From an uncultured Candidatus Actinomarina sp. (GTDB lineage: Bacteria; Actinomycetota; Acidimicrobiia; Actinomarinales; Actinomarinaceae): DNA of 64,000 nucleotides. Each line of letters starts with the position of its first letter. Within the stretch, counting starts at the first letter, position 1. Shown one piece after another: positions 54,874 to 64,000 of this stretch. The DNA lies in assembly GCA_902625455.1 (NCBI GenBank), contig CACOBL010000004.1, positions 14,064-78,063 on the forward strand. The letters are read 5' to 3'. The notes under the pieces were generated by a model that was not told the origin of the DNA, did not search any database, and was given only the letters and a program-made list of their open reading frames with translations. The position numbers were made by a program, and so were the translations under genes.

Positions 54874-55902
54874 TTACTTTCTATTTGAGATAATTGTTCC
54901 AAGAACCCCTTGTACGGTAGCGGCAACAGGCAGGGCTAAGATTGCCCCAACTCCACCAAGTGTATACGCACCAAAGAGTGTAGAAAATACTGCTACAGCT
55001 GGATGAATCTCCATTGTTGATTTTGTAACTCTAGGACTTATAAAATAGTTTTCAATTATTTGATATATCAATAGAACTAAAATTGTTGAGAGAATGGATG
55101 TTGTGCCTAAAGATATAGAAGCTATAAAAGGTACCAGCCCTCCTAGAAAAGTGCCTACAACTGGAATTAATTGAGACAAAATACCTGCAGAGACGCCAAG
55201 TGCAATAGGTGAAGGTAAGCCAACTAGTAAAAAAGCTACTGACAAAACAATACTTGCCAGTACACCTAATATAAACTTAGCTACAATAAAACCTCCGGCT
55301 TTAGATACACCAATTGTCCACACTTGATCTATTGATGTAGAAATATTACTAGGCAAAGATTCTTTGAGCTTTACTCTCCATCCGTCACCCTCACTAATCA
55401 AATAATAAGTAAAAAAGAAAATTATAAAAATATGACCCAAGGTCCTCAATAACCCCTGGCCTGCAAAAACAACACTGGAACCGACCGTACTCCCATAATC
55501 TTTTATAAGAGCATCGAACTGTGACTCTAAATCAGTAGCTTGAATAGAAACCGTGAATCCTTCAACATTAAGCCATCCAATAAAATTATCAAAATACGCT
55601 GGTATTTGTGAAGACAAAAAATAAATTTCTTGAACCATTATTGGAATAATTGAAAAGAAAGCTGCACCAATAACTAAAAGAATTACAGAAAGTGAAATTA
55701 ATGCTGCTAACTTTCTTCCTACTTTTTTTGATAATCTATAAACAACCGGCTCAGCAAGGGCAGCTAAGACAACTGCTACAAATAGGTCAAAAATTAATGA
55801 CTTAACACGTAAAAATATAAGAACAGAAATAGAAATAAGTAAAATATACAAAAATGCTCTGTTTAGAAGCTCTTGTCTGGTTTCGCCTTTTGGAAGATTC
55901 AC
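54874..55902 (-). CDS. AI-2E family transporter
   Basis: EPVV, IPVVG, YQIIENYFISPRV, GAILALPVAA. Confidence 0.9.
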   Translation of the reverse strand: MNLPKGETRQELLNRAFLYILLISISVLIFLRVKSLIFDLFVAVVLAALAEPVVYRLSKKVGRKLAALISLSVILLVIGAAFFSIIPIMVQEIYFLSSQIPAYFDNFIGWLNVEGFTVSIQATDLESQFDALIKDYGSTVGSSVVFAGQGLLRTLGHIFIIFFFTYYLISEGDGWRVKLKESLPSNISTSIDQVWTIGVSKAGGFIVAKFILGVLASIVLSVAFLLVGLPSPIALGVSAGILSQLIPVVGTFLGGLVPFIASISLGTTSILSTILVLLIYQIIENYFISPRVTKSTMEIHPAVAVFSTLFGAYTLGGVGAILALPVAATVQGVLGTIISNRK

Positions 55903-55904
55903 AA

Positions 55905-57467
55905 TTATTTGACCTTAGTTTGTATTTTATAGTTACGTTTTTGAAGTAATAAAACAATAAAAAACAAAATTAGAAACAAATTAAACCCATATTCAAAATA
56001 AGTAATACTTTCATTAATAATTAACCTGCTGAACAGTGAAGATAACGTGAACAATATAGATACAAATATTATTCTTTTTTTATACGTTAAACCTCTGACA
56101 GTAACATTTAATAAAAGTATTCCAGTAATAATTCGACCCATTCCTTCAAATGTATTACTTCTCATAAAATAAAATTCACGTAAATTAAAAAAACCATTTT
56201 GACCAATTCCGCCTAGAGTCAAGTGAACTATCCCTAAAAGAATCAGTAATGCAGATACCCATGCAAGACTAAAATTTCCCATAGAAAATCTTGCCTTAAT
56301 AGGTGTAGGCCATGGTTGCAAAGGATTTACCCTTTTAAGTAAATTCGAAGATAATCTAAATATTGATCTTTCATAATTACCAAATACTAATGTTGCAGCT
56401 AATAAATAAAACAAACCAACATAAACTGGTAAAGCAAATAAGTATATTGAAAGAACAACAATTAAATGCCATAAATAAATTGTGTAAATATTTGAATGTA
56501 AAAAGGAAAATATCCTCCAAAAATATTTGTAGTGAAGAAGCTTTTCTAAAATATTTTTAAAACTAAATAATAAACTTAAAAGAGCAATAGAAGCTATAAA
56601 GTAAACAGTTGTCGGAGGATCTTCATTATTTAGATCAGATAATCTATAACTTGAAAATGAGAGAAATAATTTATTTATATAAAGCTGATAATACAAATAA
56701 CCATAAGAAAAAATAGCTACTGAGGGGAAAATATTTTTATTTATAAGTTGTAATTTTCCATCTGCGTAGAAATAACCAATCTGATGAATAGCTAGCCAAA
56801 AAAATAAATAGTTAAATATTTTTAAATAAGCAAAATTAATTGGAAAGTTGAGTGAGTCTATGAGAATTATTAAGGTTATAAATATAGTTATACCTAAATA
56901 CGGATATTTTTTATGAATATAAATTGTAAATGGTGCAAACATAACCATCACTAAATAAATAGATACCATCCATAGAGGCCATAGAGAAAATTCTACTGAA
57001 GAAATTACTCCATCTTCAAAGGTTGTTAGGAAATCTGGAATCATATTTAGGTTTAAAAGAATATTTAATGATGCAGTTATAACAATTACCCAAACAAGAA
57101 CTGGGCCAATCAAGGCATTTATTCTATCAACTAAATAATTCCACTGACTACCATCTCTACCTACATTTGAGTACCAAGCTATTAAATTACTAAATCCCAT
57201 AGCAAACATAAATAATGACATACCTACTGTGAACCATGAAATTGTCATAAATGAATCTGAGCTTGTTGATAAATTAGAGATTATAAATTCACCACCAGAT
57301 TTTTTAACACCTAAAAAAATAAATGAGTTAATTATTAATAAAAGCAATCCTAATGTTTTTACAAAGTCGATAAATCTTTCTCTTGAAATAGAAGTATTTT
57401 CAGTTTCAGTCATAACTGATCTAAAAGAATTTATATTTGGAAAAAACAATTTAATTATTTCTATCAC
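55905..57467 (-). CDS. Acyltransferase-3-like polytopic membrane protein
   Basis: RERFIDF, PLW...YL, HQIGYFY.DG, PPT, TIYLWH. Confidence 0.7.
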   Translation of the reverse strand: MIEIIKLFFPNINSFRSVMTETENTSISRERFIDFVKTLGLLLLIINSFIFLGVKKSGGEFIISNLSTSSDSFMTISWFTVGMSLFMFAMGFSNLIAWYSNVGRDGSQWNYLVDRINALIGPVLVWVIVITASLNILLNLNMIPDFLTTFEDGVISSVEFSLWPLWMVSIYLVMVMFAPFTIYIHKKYPYLGITIFITLIILIDSLNFPINFAYLKIFNYLFFWLAIHQIGYFYADGKLQLINKNIFPSVAIFSYGYLYYQLYINKLFLSFSSYRLSDLNNEDPPTTVYFIASIALLSLLFSFKNILEKLLHYKYFWRIFSFLHSNIYTIYLWHLIVVLSIYLFALPVYVGLFYLLAATLVFGNYERSIFRLSSNLLKRVNPLQPWPTPIKARFSMGNFSLAWVSALLILLGIVHLTLGGIGQNGFFNLREFYFMRSNTFEGMGRIITGILLLNVTVRGLTYKKRIIFVSILFTLSSLFSRLIINESITYFEYGFNLFLILFFIVLLLQKRNYKIQTKVK

Positions 57468-57517
57468 ATAAATATTTTACATATCTCAAGCGACTTAAAT
57501 AAGAATATAATTAGATA

Positions 57518-57961
57518 ATGGAAATAGTCGTTTATCAACCCGAAATAGCTGGAAATGTTGGCGCAATTATACGACTATCTGCAAATTCAGGAATTCCTGT
57601 TAATTTTATTAAACCTTTTGGTTTCAATATGCAAGAAAACAAAATACGAAGAGCAGGTCTAGATTATCAAGATTTAGCATTTGTTAATAATTTTGAAAGT
57701 TGGAATGAATTTTTTAAGATAAATAAAAATAAATCAATTGCATGTCTCACATCTAAAGGAGAAAAAGAATACTGGAACGAAGATTTGAATAATTTTGATT
57801 TTTTACTATTTGGTCCTGAGTCGGTTGGGCTTCCAGATAAATTAAGAGAGCAATATGAAAATTTAACAATACCTATGAAAAATAAATCAAGAAGTATAAA
57901 CTTAGCAAATTCTGTTGGCATTGTTATGTTTGAATCAATTAGACAAGCTAATGTTAAGTAA
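57518..57961 (+). CDS. trmL: tRNA (cytidine/uridine-34-2'-O)-methyltransferase
   Basis: PEIAGNVG, RRAGLDY, FGPESVGLP, RSINLANS. Confidence 0.93.
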   Translation: MEIVVYQPEIAGNVGAIIRLSANSGIPVNFIKPFGFNMQENKIRRAGLDYQDLAFVNNFESWNEFFKINKNKSIACLTSKGEKEYWNEDLNNFDFLLFGPESVGLPDKLREQYENLTIPMKNKSRSINLANSVGIVMFESIRQANVK

Positions 57962-58316
57962 ATTAATTCTAGTATTTGTAGGAGGAGGTTTAGGATCTAG
58001 TCTTAGATATTTTGTTAATATATATTCTCAAGAATTAAATTACTCACAAAGTGGTACTGTGTTTGTAAATGTATTTGGGTCGTTTTTATTTGGATTAATT
58101 TTTGTAATTTTAGGTAACAAAACATCATTTATGAACATTTTTTTACTGACAGGTGTTCTAGGAGGATTTACTACCTTTTCTCAATTTTCATTTGATGTTA
58201 TTCAATTACAAAATAGTAGTAATTTAATTTCTATTATGTATGTCCTTTTTTCTTTGTTTCTTTCAATACTCGCATTATGTATTGGGATATACTTAGGTAA
58301 CAAAATTTTTAATTAA
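57951..58316 (+). CDS. crcB: Fluoride channel Fluc/CrcB
   Basis: GGGLGS.LRY, GT..VN..GSF, TG.LGGFTTFS; start moved to ATG 57951. Confidence 0.92.
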   Translation: MLSKLILVFVGGGLGSSLRYFVNIYSQELNYSQSGTVFVNVFGSFLFGLIFVILGNKTSFMNIFLLTGVLGGFTTFSQFSFDVIQLQNSSNLISIMYVLFSLFLSILALCIGIYLGNKIFN

Positions 58317-58320
58317 GAAA

Positions 58321-58803
58321 ATGCCAACTTTTGACATAACATCAGAATTTAACAGTCAAGAAATTGTCAATGCTGTTGATCAAGCTTTTAGAGAAATTGT
58401 AAATAGATATGACTTTAGAAATACTGGTACAAGTATAGAATTCAATGAAAAAACAATTACACTTAAAAGTTCTACAGAAGAAAGGCTTAAAGCTGCGGAA
58501 CAAGTATTGAAAGAAAAATTTGTGAAAAGAAATGTATCAATTAAATTTTTATCAGATATAAAACTTGAAAAAACACCCTCTGAAGTCAAACATTTTTATA
58601 ATTTAAAATCTGGAATAACACAAGAAGAATCAAAAGAAATAATAAGCTTGATTAAAAAAGTTAACAAAAAAGCTCAATGTGCATATCAAAATCAATCAAT
58701 AAGAGTATCTGCAAAAAAAAGAGATGATTTACAAGAAATTATTCAGTTATTAAAAGATTCAGACATAGATACACCAATAAATTTTGGAAATTTTAGAGAT
58801 TAA
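58321..58803 (+). CDS. yajQ: YajQ family nucleotide-binding protein
   Basis: MPTFDI.S, NAVDQ, RYDF, KKRDDLQ, NFRD. Confidence 0.95.
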   Translation: MPTFDITSEFNSQEIVNAVDQAFREIVNRYDFRNTGTSIEFNEKTITLKSSTEERLKAAEQVLKEKFVKRNVSIKFLSDIKLEKTPSEVKHFYNLKSGITQEESKEIISLIKKVNKKAQCAYQNQSIRVSAKKRDDLQEIIQLLKDSDIDTPINFGNFRD

Positions 58804-59011
58804 ATCTTGGTTTTAACTTTTTAAAAATTAAACGAGAGAATAAAAAACTAAATATTAAAAATAAAATTGTGAATAATAGGCCATCTTCATATGAAGTAGT
58901 TAGAAAATACGAAATAATTAATACTGCTGCTCCATAGATAGCCCTAAATATTGAGAAGAGAATAAAAGTTTTAAAAAATTTATGCTCAATTAAATTCTTT
59001 ATTAATTGCAT
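58793..59011 (-). CDS. Small 2-TM hypothetical protein
   Basis: 72-aa hydrophobic ORF coupled to upstream gene. Confidence 0.6.
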   Translation of the reverse strand: MQLIKNLIEHKFFKTFILFSIFRAIYGAAVLIISYFLTTSYEDGLLFTILFLIFSFLFSRLIFKKLKPRFNL

Positions 59012-59310
59012 TAAAATTTGTTTCTAAACTTTGAAATAATTTTATAGACATTATCTCTGATAATTTTAGGAAAAATTTTAAGTACTTTAATCGTTACGTA
59101 TATTCCACCTAAATCACTTATAGAGTTAATTACGGCATCAGAATAATAAAATCTGTCTCCATTTTTTTCGTACACTAAAGTATCGAGATTAATTTCATGA
59201 GATGATAAATTAGCTTGAAATTTTATATCAAGACTTTTATTTTTATTTGATATCCAATTTCCATAAGAAGTACATAAATTACACTCCTCATCAATATATA
59301 CCTTATTCAT
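59011..59310 (-). CDS. DCC1-like thiol-disulfide oxidoreductase
   Basis: DEECNLC (DxxCxxC), SDA, P..IRD..Y..IS..R. Confidence 0.85.
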   Translation of the reverse strand: MNKVYIDEECNLCTSYGNWISNKNKSLDIKFQANLSSHEINLDTLVYEKNGDRFYYSDAVINSISDLGGIYVTIKVLKIFPKIIRDNVYKIISKFRNKF

Positions 59311-59674
59311 TTGTTATAAAATCCATACTTAAAGAATTTACACAATAACGCTCGCCTGTTGGTTGCGGACCGTCCGGAAAAACGTGACCTAAGTGTGCTT
59401 CGCAAGCACCGCATGTGATTTCAATTCTTGTCATCCCAAAAGAACGATCTTCTTTTCTATTAATTTTATTTTCTATTGATGCAAAAAAACTTGGCCACCC
59501 TGAATGAGAATCATATTTTGTGTCTGAATTAAATAACTCTGCTTTGCAAACTATACATATGTATATTCCATTTCTTTTTTCATTCAATAGTTTTCCAGAA
59601 AAAGGTGGCTCCGTTCCACAATTTTGAGTGACTTCATATTCTTCTTTACTTAAATGATTGGTATTAAAATCCAT
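59303..59674 (-). CDS. msrB: Peptide-methionine (R)-S-oxide reductase
   Basis: [27 protein letters not shown]. Confidence 0.97.
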   Translation of the reverse strand: MDFNTNHLSKEEYEVTQNCGTEPPFSGKLLNEKRNGIYICIVCKAELFNSDTKYDSHSGWPSFFASIENKINRKEDRSFGMTRIEITCGACEAHLGHVFPDGPQPTGERYCVNSLSMDFITNE

Positions 59675-59687
59675 AACTTATTTTAAA

Positions 59688-60593
59688 TCAAATAGGATTA
59701 AAGTATATTTCTGTTATTTCTTGAAAATCTGTAGATATTTGATTTTTTAAAGATAAATTTATTTCAACTATTTCATTATCAGAAGTTGAATCAACATAAT
59801 CAACATTACATAAAGCCAAATATTTATTTGCTCCTATGGATACTACTTTTAAGGACTCTACACTATTTACAAATTCATTGGTTTCGATTAATTTGATTAC
59901 CTTATCTTTTGTTTGAATGTTAATAGTTTCACCAGTAATTAGATGTTTCATTTCATAGCCTAAAAATAATCCTGACAACATTAGCAATAAACCTATCATT
60001 ATGGAACTGACAGCATCAAAAATTGGATTACCTGTAACATTTGCAAGAATTGAACCAATAAGTGCAATGCCAAGACCAAGAGTTGCAGCAAAATCTTCTA
60101 CTACTATTGCTATTAATGGACCATCTGTTGATTTTTTAAGTAACTTAAAAACTGGCAAATTTTTATCAACTGCTTTACTGCGTAATTCTTTAACAGCTTT
60201 GTACAAAACATAGAGTTCTAAAATGATAGATACTGATAATACAATTATTGAGATAAATAAATTTTTCAATTCTTTTGGATGAGACAAAGCTTCAATTCCA
60301 TGTTCTAATGAAACTAATCCACCGATAGTAAAAATTAAAACAGCGACGACTAATGTCCAAAAATATTCTTCTTTTCCTCTTCCTAGAGGATAAATTAATT
60401 TATTTGGTTTTTTTGATTGCTTTATTCCAAACCATAAAATAAATTGATTACCTGAATCAACATATGAATGGACTGCCTCTGAAAACATTGCGGATGAAGA
60501 TGTTATTATTGCAATAACTGTTTTGATACCTGCAATGAAGAAATTAACAGAAAAAGCTAAGAATACTGTTTTTGAAGAATCGTTAGAAGCCAT
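59688..60593 (-). CDS. Cation diffusion facilitator family transporter
   Basis: SEAVHSYVD, G.G.EEY, VVEDFAA; second ATG taken as start. Confidence 0.88.
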   Translation of the reverse strand: MASNDSSKTVFLAFSVNFFIAGIKTVIAIITSSSAMFSEAVHSYVDSGNQFILWFGIKQSKKPNKLIYPLGRGKEEYFWTLVVAVLIFTIGGLVSLEHGIEALSHPKELKNLFISIIVLSVSIILELYVLYKAVKELRSKAVDKNLPVFKLLKKSTDGPLIAIVVEDFAATLGLGIALIGSILANVTGNPIFDAVSSIMIGLLLMLSGLFLGYEMKHLITGETINIQTKDKVIKLIETNEFVNSVESLKVVSIGANKYLALCNVDYVDSTSDNEIVEINLSLKNQISTDFQEITEIYFNPI

Positions 60594-60819
60594 TTTCTTC
60601 AAACCATGTAACTAATTGGGGAAATCCTCCGATTCGTACTTCATCTACATATATTTGAGGTACTGTACTAACGCCATTACCTACTTTTTTATAAAATTTT
60701 TGACGTTCATCATCATTAGATAAGTCGATTTCATCAAATGGGATATTTACAGAGTTAAGTAAATTTTTTGCACGATCACACCAAATACAATTATCTTTGG
60801 AGTAAACAGTAATATTCAA
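60583..60819 (-). CDS. Glutaredoxin
   Basis: CIWC, TVPQI, IGGF. Confidence 0.92.
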   Translation of the reverse strand: MNITVYSKDNCIWCDRAKNLLNSVNIPFDEIDLSNDDERQKFYKKVGNGVSTVPQIYVDEVRIGGFPQLVTWFEENGF

Positions 60820-61862
60820 CTATTTTCACTTCCTGTAAATATTTCATTTGTTGTTTGAGTTACTCTAATAAAAGTTGTACTTTTCGGTAAATCTTTGAGT
60901 TTTTTTGCACCTACATAAGAACACGCTGAACGCATACCGCCCAGTATCGATTGAATAGTTTTATCTAAATCACCTTTATATTTTAATCTAACCTTTTTTC
61001 CTTCTGGTGCTCTATGGTCAGCTAAATCACCATAATATGTTTGTTGTGCTTTTGTTGAAGACATGCCATAAAAATCCTTGTACTGAACTCCATTTTCATC
61101 AGTAACCAATTCACCACCAGACTCTTTATGTCCTGCAAACATGCCACCAAGCATTACGTAATCAGCTCCTGCACCAAAAGCCTTGGATATATCACCAGGA
61201 TACTTACAGCCGCCATCAGCCATTACATGTCCACCTAAACCATGAGCCGCGTCGGAACATTCTGAAATTGAGGATAGCTGTGGATATCCCACCCCTGCTA
61301 TGCTCCTTGTAGTACACACTGACCCCGGTCCGATACCTATTTTTACTACATCTGCTCCAGCCAATATTAATGCTTCGGTCATTTCTCTAGTTGCTACATT
61401 TCCAGCAATAATAATTTTATCGGGAAAAGTTTCTCTGTAATTTTTTACAGAATTTATAAAATCTTCCCTGTAGCCATTAGCAACGTCAATGCATAAATAT
61501 TTTATTTCATTATCGAGTGAAAATATTTTTTTGCCAAGATCTAAATCTTCTTTTGATTGTCCTACAGTAACCGCTACGAAGTTTGCATCAAGGTTTTCAA
61601 TATTTTTTTCCCAGTCTTTAATTGAATAAAACTTATGTATTGCAGTTAACATTTTATGTTTTTGAAGTGTAATAGCAGTTTCAAATGTACCAGTGGTATC
61701 CATATTTGCCGAGAATATAGGTATCCCAGTCCAAGTTTCATCTGTATGCTTAAATTTAAATTGACGCTCTAGTACAACCTCTGACCTAGAAACTAGTGTG
61801 CTTCTTTTTGGTCTAATAAGAACGTCATCGAATGTTAATTTTATCTCATCTTCAATTCTCAT
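60816..61862 (-). CDS. guaC: GMP reductase
   Basis: DVLIRPKRSTL.SRS, DVANGY, GIGPGSVCTTR, FYGMSS. Confidence 0.95.
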   Translation of the reverse strand: MRIEDEIKLTFDDVLIRPKRSTLVSRSEVVLERQFKFKHTDETWTGIPIFSANMDTTGTFETAITLQKHKMLTAIHKFYSIKDWEKNIENLDANFVAVTVGQSKEDLDLGKKIFSLDNEIKYLCIDVANGYREDFINSVKNYRETFPDKIIIAGNVATREMTEALILAGADVVKIGIGPGSVCTTRSIAGVGYPQLSSISECSDAAHGLGGHVMADGGCKYPGDISKAFGAGADYVMLGGMFAGHKESGGELVTDENGVQYKDFYGMSSTKAQQTYYGDLADHRAPEGKKVRLKYKGDLDKTIQSILGGMRSACSYVGAKKLKDLPKSTTFIRVTQTTNEIFTGSENS

Positions 61863-61899
61863 TATTTATATTTGTCCTTTATGCTAAATAACAGACATA

Positions 61900-62472
61900 A
61901 TGTTAGTTGAATTTCCGATTTTTGGTGCAGGTATTAATTATTTCCCAACCGAAATATCCGCCTTAAGAGTATTTGAACCAAGATATTTATTACTTATAGC
62001 TGATTCAATTTTAAATGAAGAAAATTTTATAGTCAGCTCAAGTCTAAGTGATAAATATGATATAGGTTCTGAAGTGCAAATTGTAGAACATCAAGATATA
62101 TCTAATGCTGAACAATTGGTAATTATTAAGTGTGTCAAATTGTACAAAATAAACACAATTGATTTAGATAGAGAATATCCATACTGTTTAGCGGAGGAAT
62201 ATACAGAAATAGGTTTACCACCTACAATTGATGAGCTTATTTCGCTTGAAAAAGATATAACAAAAGCAATAGCTAAATTAGTTGAAAATGGAATGGATAT
62301 TGAGTTGCCAAACTATATATACGACTCACAAAACAGAATTAATAAACTAAATGAGCTTTGTATTGTCATGCCAATGAGTATTAATTTGAGAAATAAAATA
62401 ATAATTGAAAATGATCTGTACAAAAAATATGAAATACTAAAAAATTATACGAAAGACATTAATGAGAATTAA
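61900..62472 (+). CDS. Stand-alone LON substrate-binding-domain protein
   Basis: FPIF...FP....LRVFEPRY, PY; no AAA+ or protease domain. Confidence 0.8.
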   Translation: MLVEFPIFGAGINYFPTEISALRVFEPRYLLLIADSILNEENFIVSSSLSDKYDIGSEVQIVEHQDISNAEQLVIIKCVKLYKINTIDLDREYPYCLAEEYTEIGLPPTIDELISLEKDITKAIAKLVENGMDIELPNYIYDSQNRINKLNELCIVMPMSINLRNKIIIENDLYKKYEILKNYTKDINEN

Positions 62473-63116
62473 GTATTATTCCATAAATTATAAAAAGTTG
62501 ACATTGTTTTTTTCAGACTATTTGAATTTTTGAATAAATTTGCAGACTCTTTTTCAACATTAAAATGTAACAATTCTTTTTGTGAGATTTCACTTGAATA
62601 CCAATTTGTAAATAAATCTTTTGTAATTTCTGGGTGAAATTGTAATCCATAAGTATTTTGTATTTTAAATATTTGAGGAAATTCTGTTTCGGCAATTAAT
62701 ACAGCATCCTTTGGTAAATCAAAAGTGTCCCTATGCCAAGTAAAAACTTGCCCAGATTCAAATGTATCAGCCAAAGCATCATTCTTGATAAAATCTAAAT
62801 CTTTAAATCCAAACTCAATTTCTTTAGATAGGTATGCTTTACCGCCTGTTGAGTCAGCAATTAATTGAGCACCTAAACAAATTCCAAGTATTTTTGTATT
62901 ATTTTCAACTGCATTTTTGAGCCAATTCTTTTCTTTTTTTAAATAATCATATTTCTCATCTTCATAAGCACCCATATGACCTCCAAGAATGATGTAATTA
63001 TCATTAAAACTAAATTTTTTCCATTCGGCTTCCCAAGCATTTATGGTTTTGATTGATGATGGTAATGTTCCGAGAGTAACATCTGGGTCATTTATTATTG
63101 CAATTGTTTTATTCAT
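62469..63116 (-). CDS. Type 1 glutamine amidotransferase-like protein
   Basis: ILGG.MG, GICLGAQL, WH.D, LQFHPE; start moved to ATG 63116 to avoid the tRNA. Confidence 0.88.
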   Translation of the reverse strand: MNKTIAIINDPDVTLGTLPSSIKTINAWEAEWKKFSFNDNYIILGGHMGAYEDEKYDYLKKEKNWLKNAVENNTKILGICLGAQLIADSTGGKAYLSKEIEFGFKDLDFIKNDALADTFESGQVFTWHRDTFDLPKDAVLIAETEFPQIFKIQNTYGLQFHPEITKDLFTNWYSSEISQKELLHFNVEKESANLFKNSNSLKKTMSTFYNLWNNT

Positions 63117-63131
63117 TTTTTTTATAGTTTG

Positions 63132-63215
63132 TGCGCGGAAGAGGACTCGAACCTCCACGGGTTTTACCCCACAGGATCCTTAATCCTGCGCGTCTACCAG
63201 TTCCGCCACCCGCGC
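63132..63215 (-). tRNA. tRNA-Leu, anticodon AAG
   Basis: Acceptor stem GCGCGGG/TCCGCGC, discriminator A73, D-loop GG, anticodon arm CAGGA-TTAAGGA-TCCTG, long variable arm, GGTTCGAGTCC; CCA not encoded. Confidence 0.95.
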
Positions 63216-63219
63216 AAAC

Positions 63220-63456
63220 TCAATCAAGAAACCAAAATAAAGATAGTGTTGTAGCTGCAAACAAGACTGCAACAATAGCAGTAATTCTACTTAGGTTTCT
63301 TTCAGCTAATGTCTGACCAATGTTTCCAGAGGATCCAGGGCCTCCTAACATATCAGAGAGACCTCCACCCTTACCACTGTTTAATAAAACGAGTGCTACG
63401 AGTGCAATAGAAATAATTATGTGAACAGTTATCAATATCGCGGTTATTGTATCCAT
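63220..63456 (-). CDS. secG: Preprotein translocase subunit SecG
   Basis: LVLL.SGKGGGLSDM.GG...AERNL.RIT. Confidence 0.95.
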   Translation of the reverse strand: MDTITAILITVHIIISIALVALVLLNSGKGGGLSDMLGGPGSSGNIGQTLAERNLSRITAIVAVLFAATTLSLFWFLD

Positions 63457-63466
63457 AAACTAAAGA

Positions 63467-64000
63467 TTAGCCTTTCTCATCTTTTACTTTTGACTGAAGT
63501 TCAACTTCTTTTTGAAGTTGCTCAATCTTATCTAAATCGCCTAGATATCCTATTTTTACATTTTCATTTTCAGATATTTTATATGCTAGTGGAATTCCTG
63601 TAGGTATGTTGACATCTACTATTTCTACATTAGATAAATTGTCTAGCATCTTAACCATAGCTCTAATGCTATTACCATGCGCAATTACTAGTACTTGCTT
63701 TGTTTTTGCTAATTCTATTAAATTTATAAATGTGGGATTTACTCTTTCGACGACTTTTTCTAGCGACTCACCTAAAGGTAATTCTTCTTTAATATTTTCA
63801 TATTTTTTATCTGTTTTTGGATCAAACTTAGAACCTATTTCAGCAAGTGGTGGAAGTACATCATAACTTCTTCTCCAAAGTTGCACCTGGTCTTGACCGT
63901 ATTTTTTTGCGGTTTCAATTTTATCTAAACCTTGAAGTGCTCCGTAATGTCTTTCGTTCAGTTGCCATATAGCTTTTGTTTCAATATTGAAATCTGTTTC
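63467..64000 (-). CDS. gpmA: 2,3-BPG-dependent phosphoglycerate mutase, 5'-truncated by window edge
   Basis: WQLNERHYGALQG, WRRSYD..PP, AHGNSIRA, IPTGIP. Confidence 0.94.
   Translation of the reverse strand, partial: ETDFNIETKAIWQLNERHYGALQGLDKIETAKKYGQDQVQLWRRSYDVLPPLAEIGSKFDPKTDKKYENIKEELPLGESLEKVVERVNPTFINLIELAKTKQVLVIAHGNSIRAMVKMLDNLSNVEIVDVNIPTGIPLAYKISENENVKIGYLGDLDKIEQLQKEVELQSKVKDEKG

Noticed and set aside
63131..63316. 61-aa + strand ORF, and the 14-codon N-terminal extension of the amidotransferase
   Set aside because: Both overlap the tRNA-Leu gene.

Overview
Low-GC, gene-dense chromosomal segment of a streamlined actinobacterium. Gene order, the 16S sequence and the 23S domain III insertion best fit marine Acidimicrobiia such as 'Ca. 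Actinomarina' (inference). About 65 mostly housekeeping CDS, one 16S-23S-5S operon with no ITS tRNA, an Opp/Dpp peptide ABC operon and one tRNA. No CRISPR, IS or prophage. Genes run almost all on + up to ~26.9 kb and mostly on - after it; a dif-like 28-mer lies near the switch (25926-25953), suggesting the replication terminus. The most unusual signals concern translation: a tRNA-Leu with an AAG anticodon at the secG locus, non-ATG/GTG/TTG starts (ATT for a D,D-carboxypeptidase, ATA/ATT for infC), TyrRS with TLGW in place of HIGH, 16S C967->A with no rsmB at its usual locus, and many leaderless-type starts. Also: the Pup-proteasome genes are absent from between trmI/ferredoxin and pafBC, PriA and TatA are strongly eroded, and three small ORFs were missed by the ORF track. 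All homology calls come from motif and synteny recognition, not database searches.
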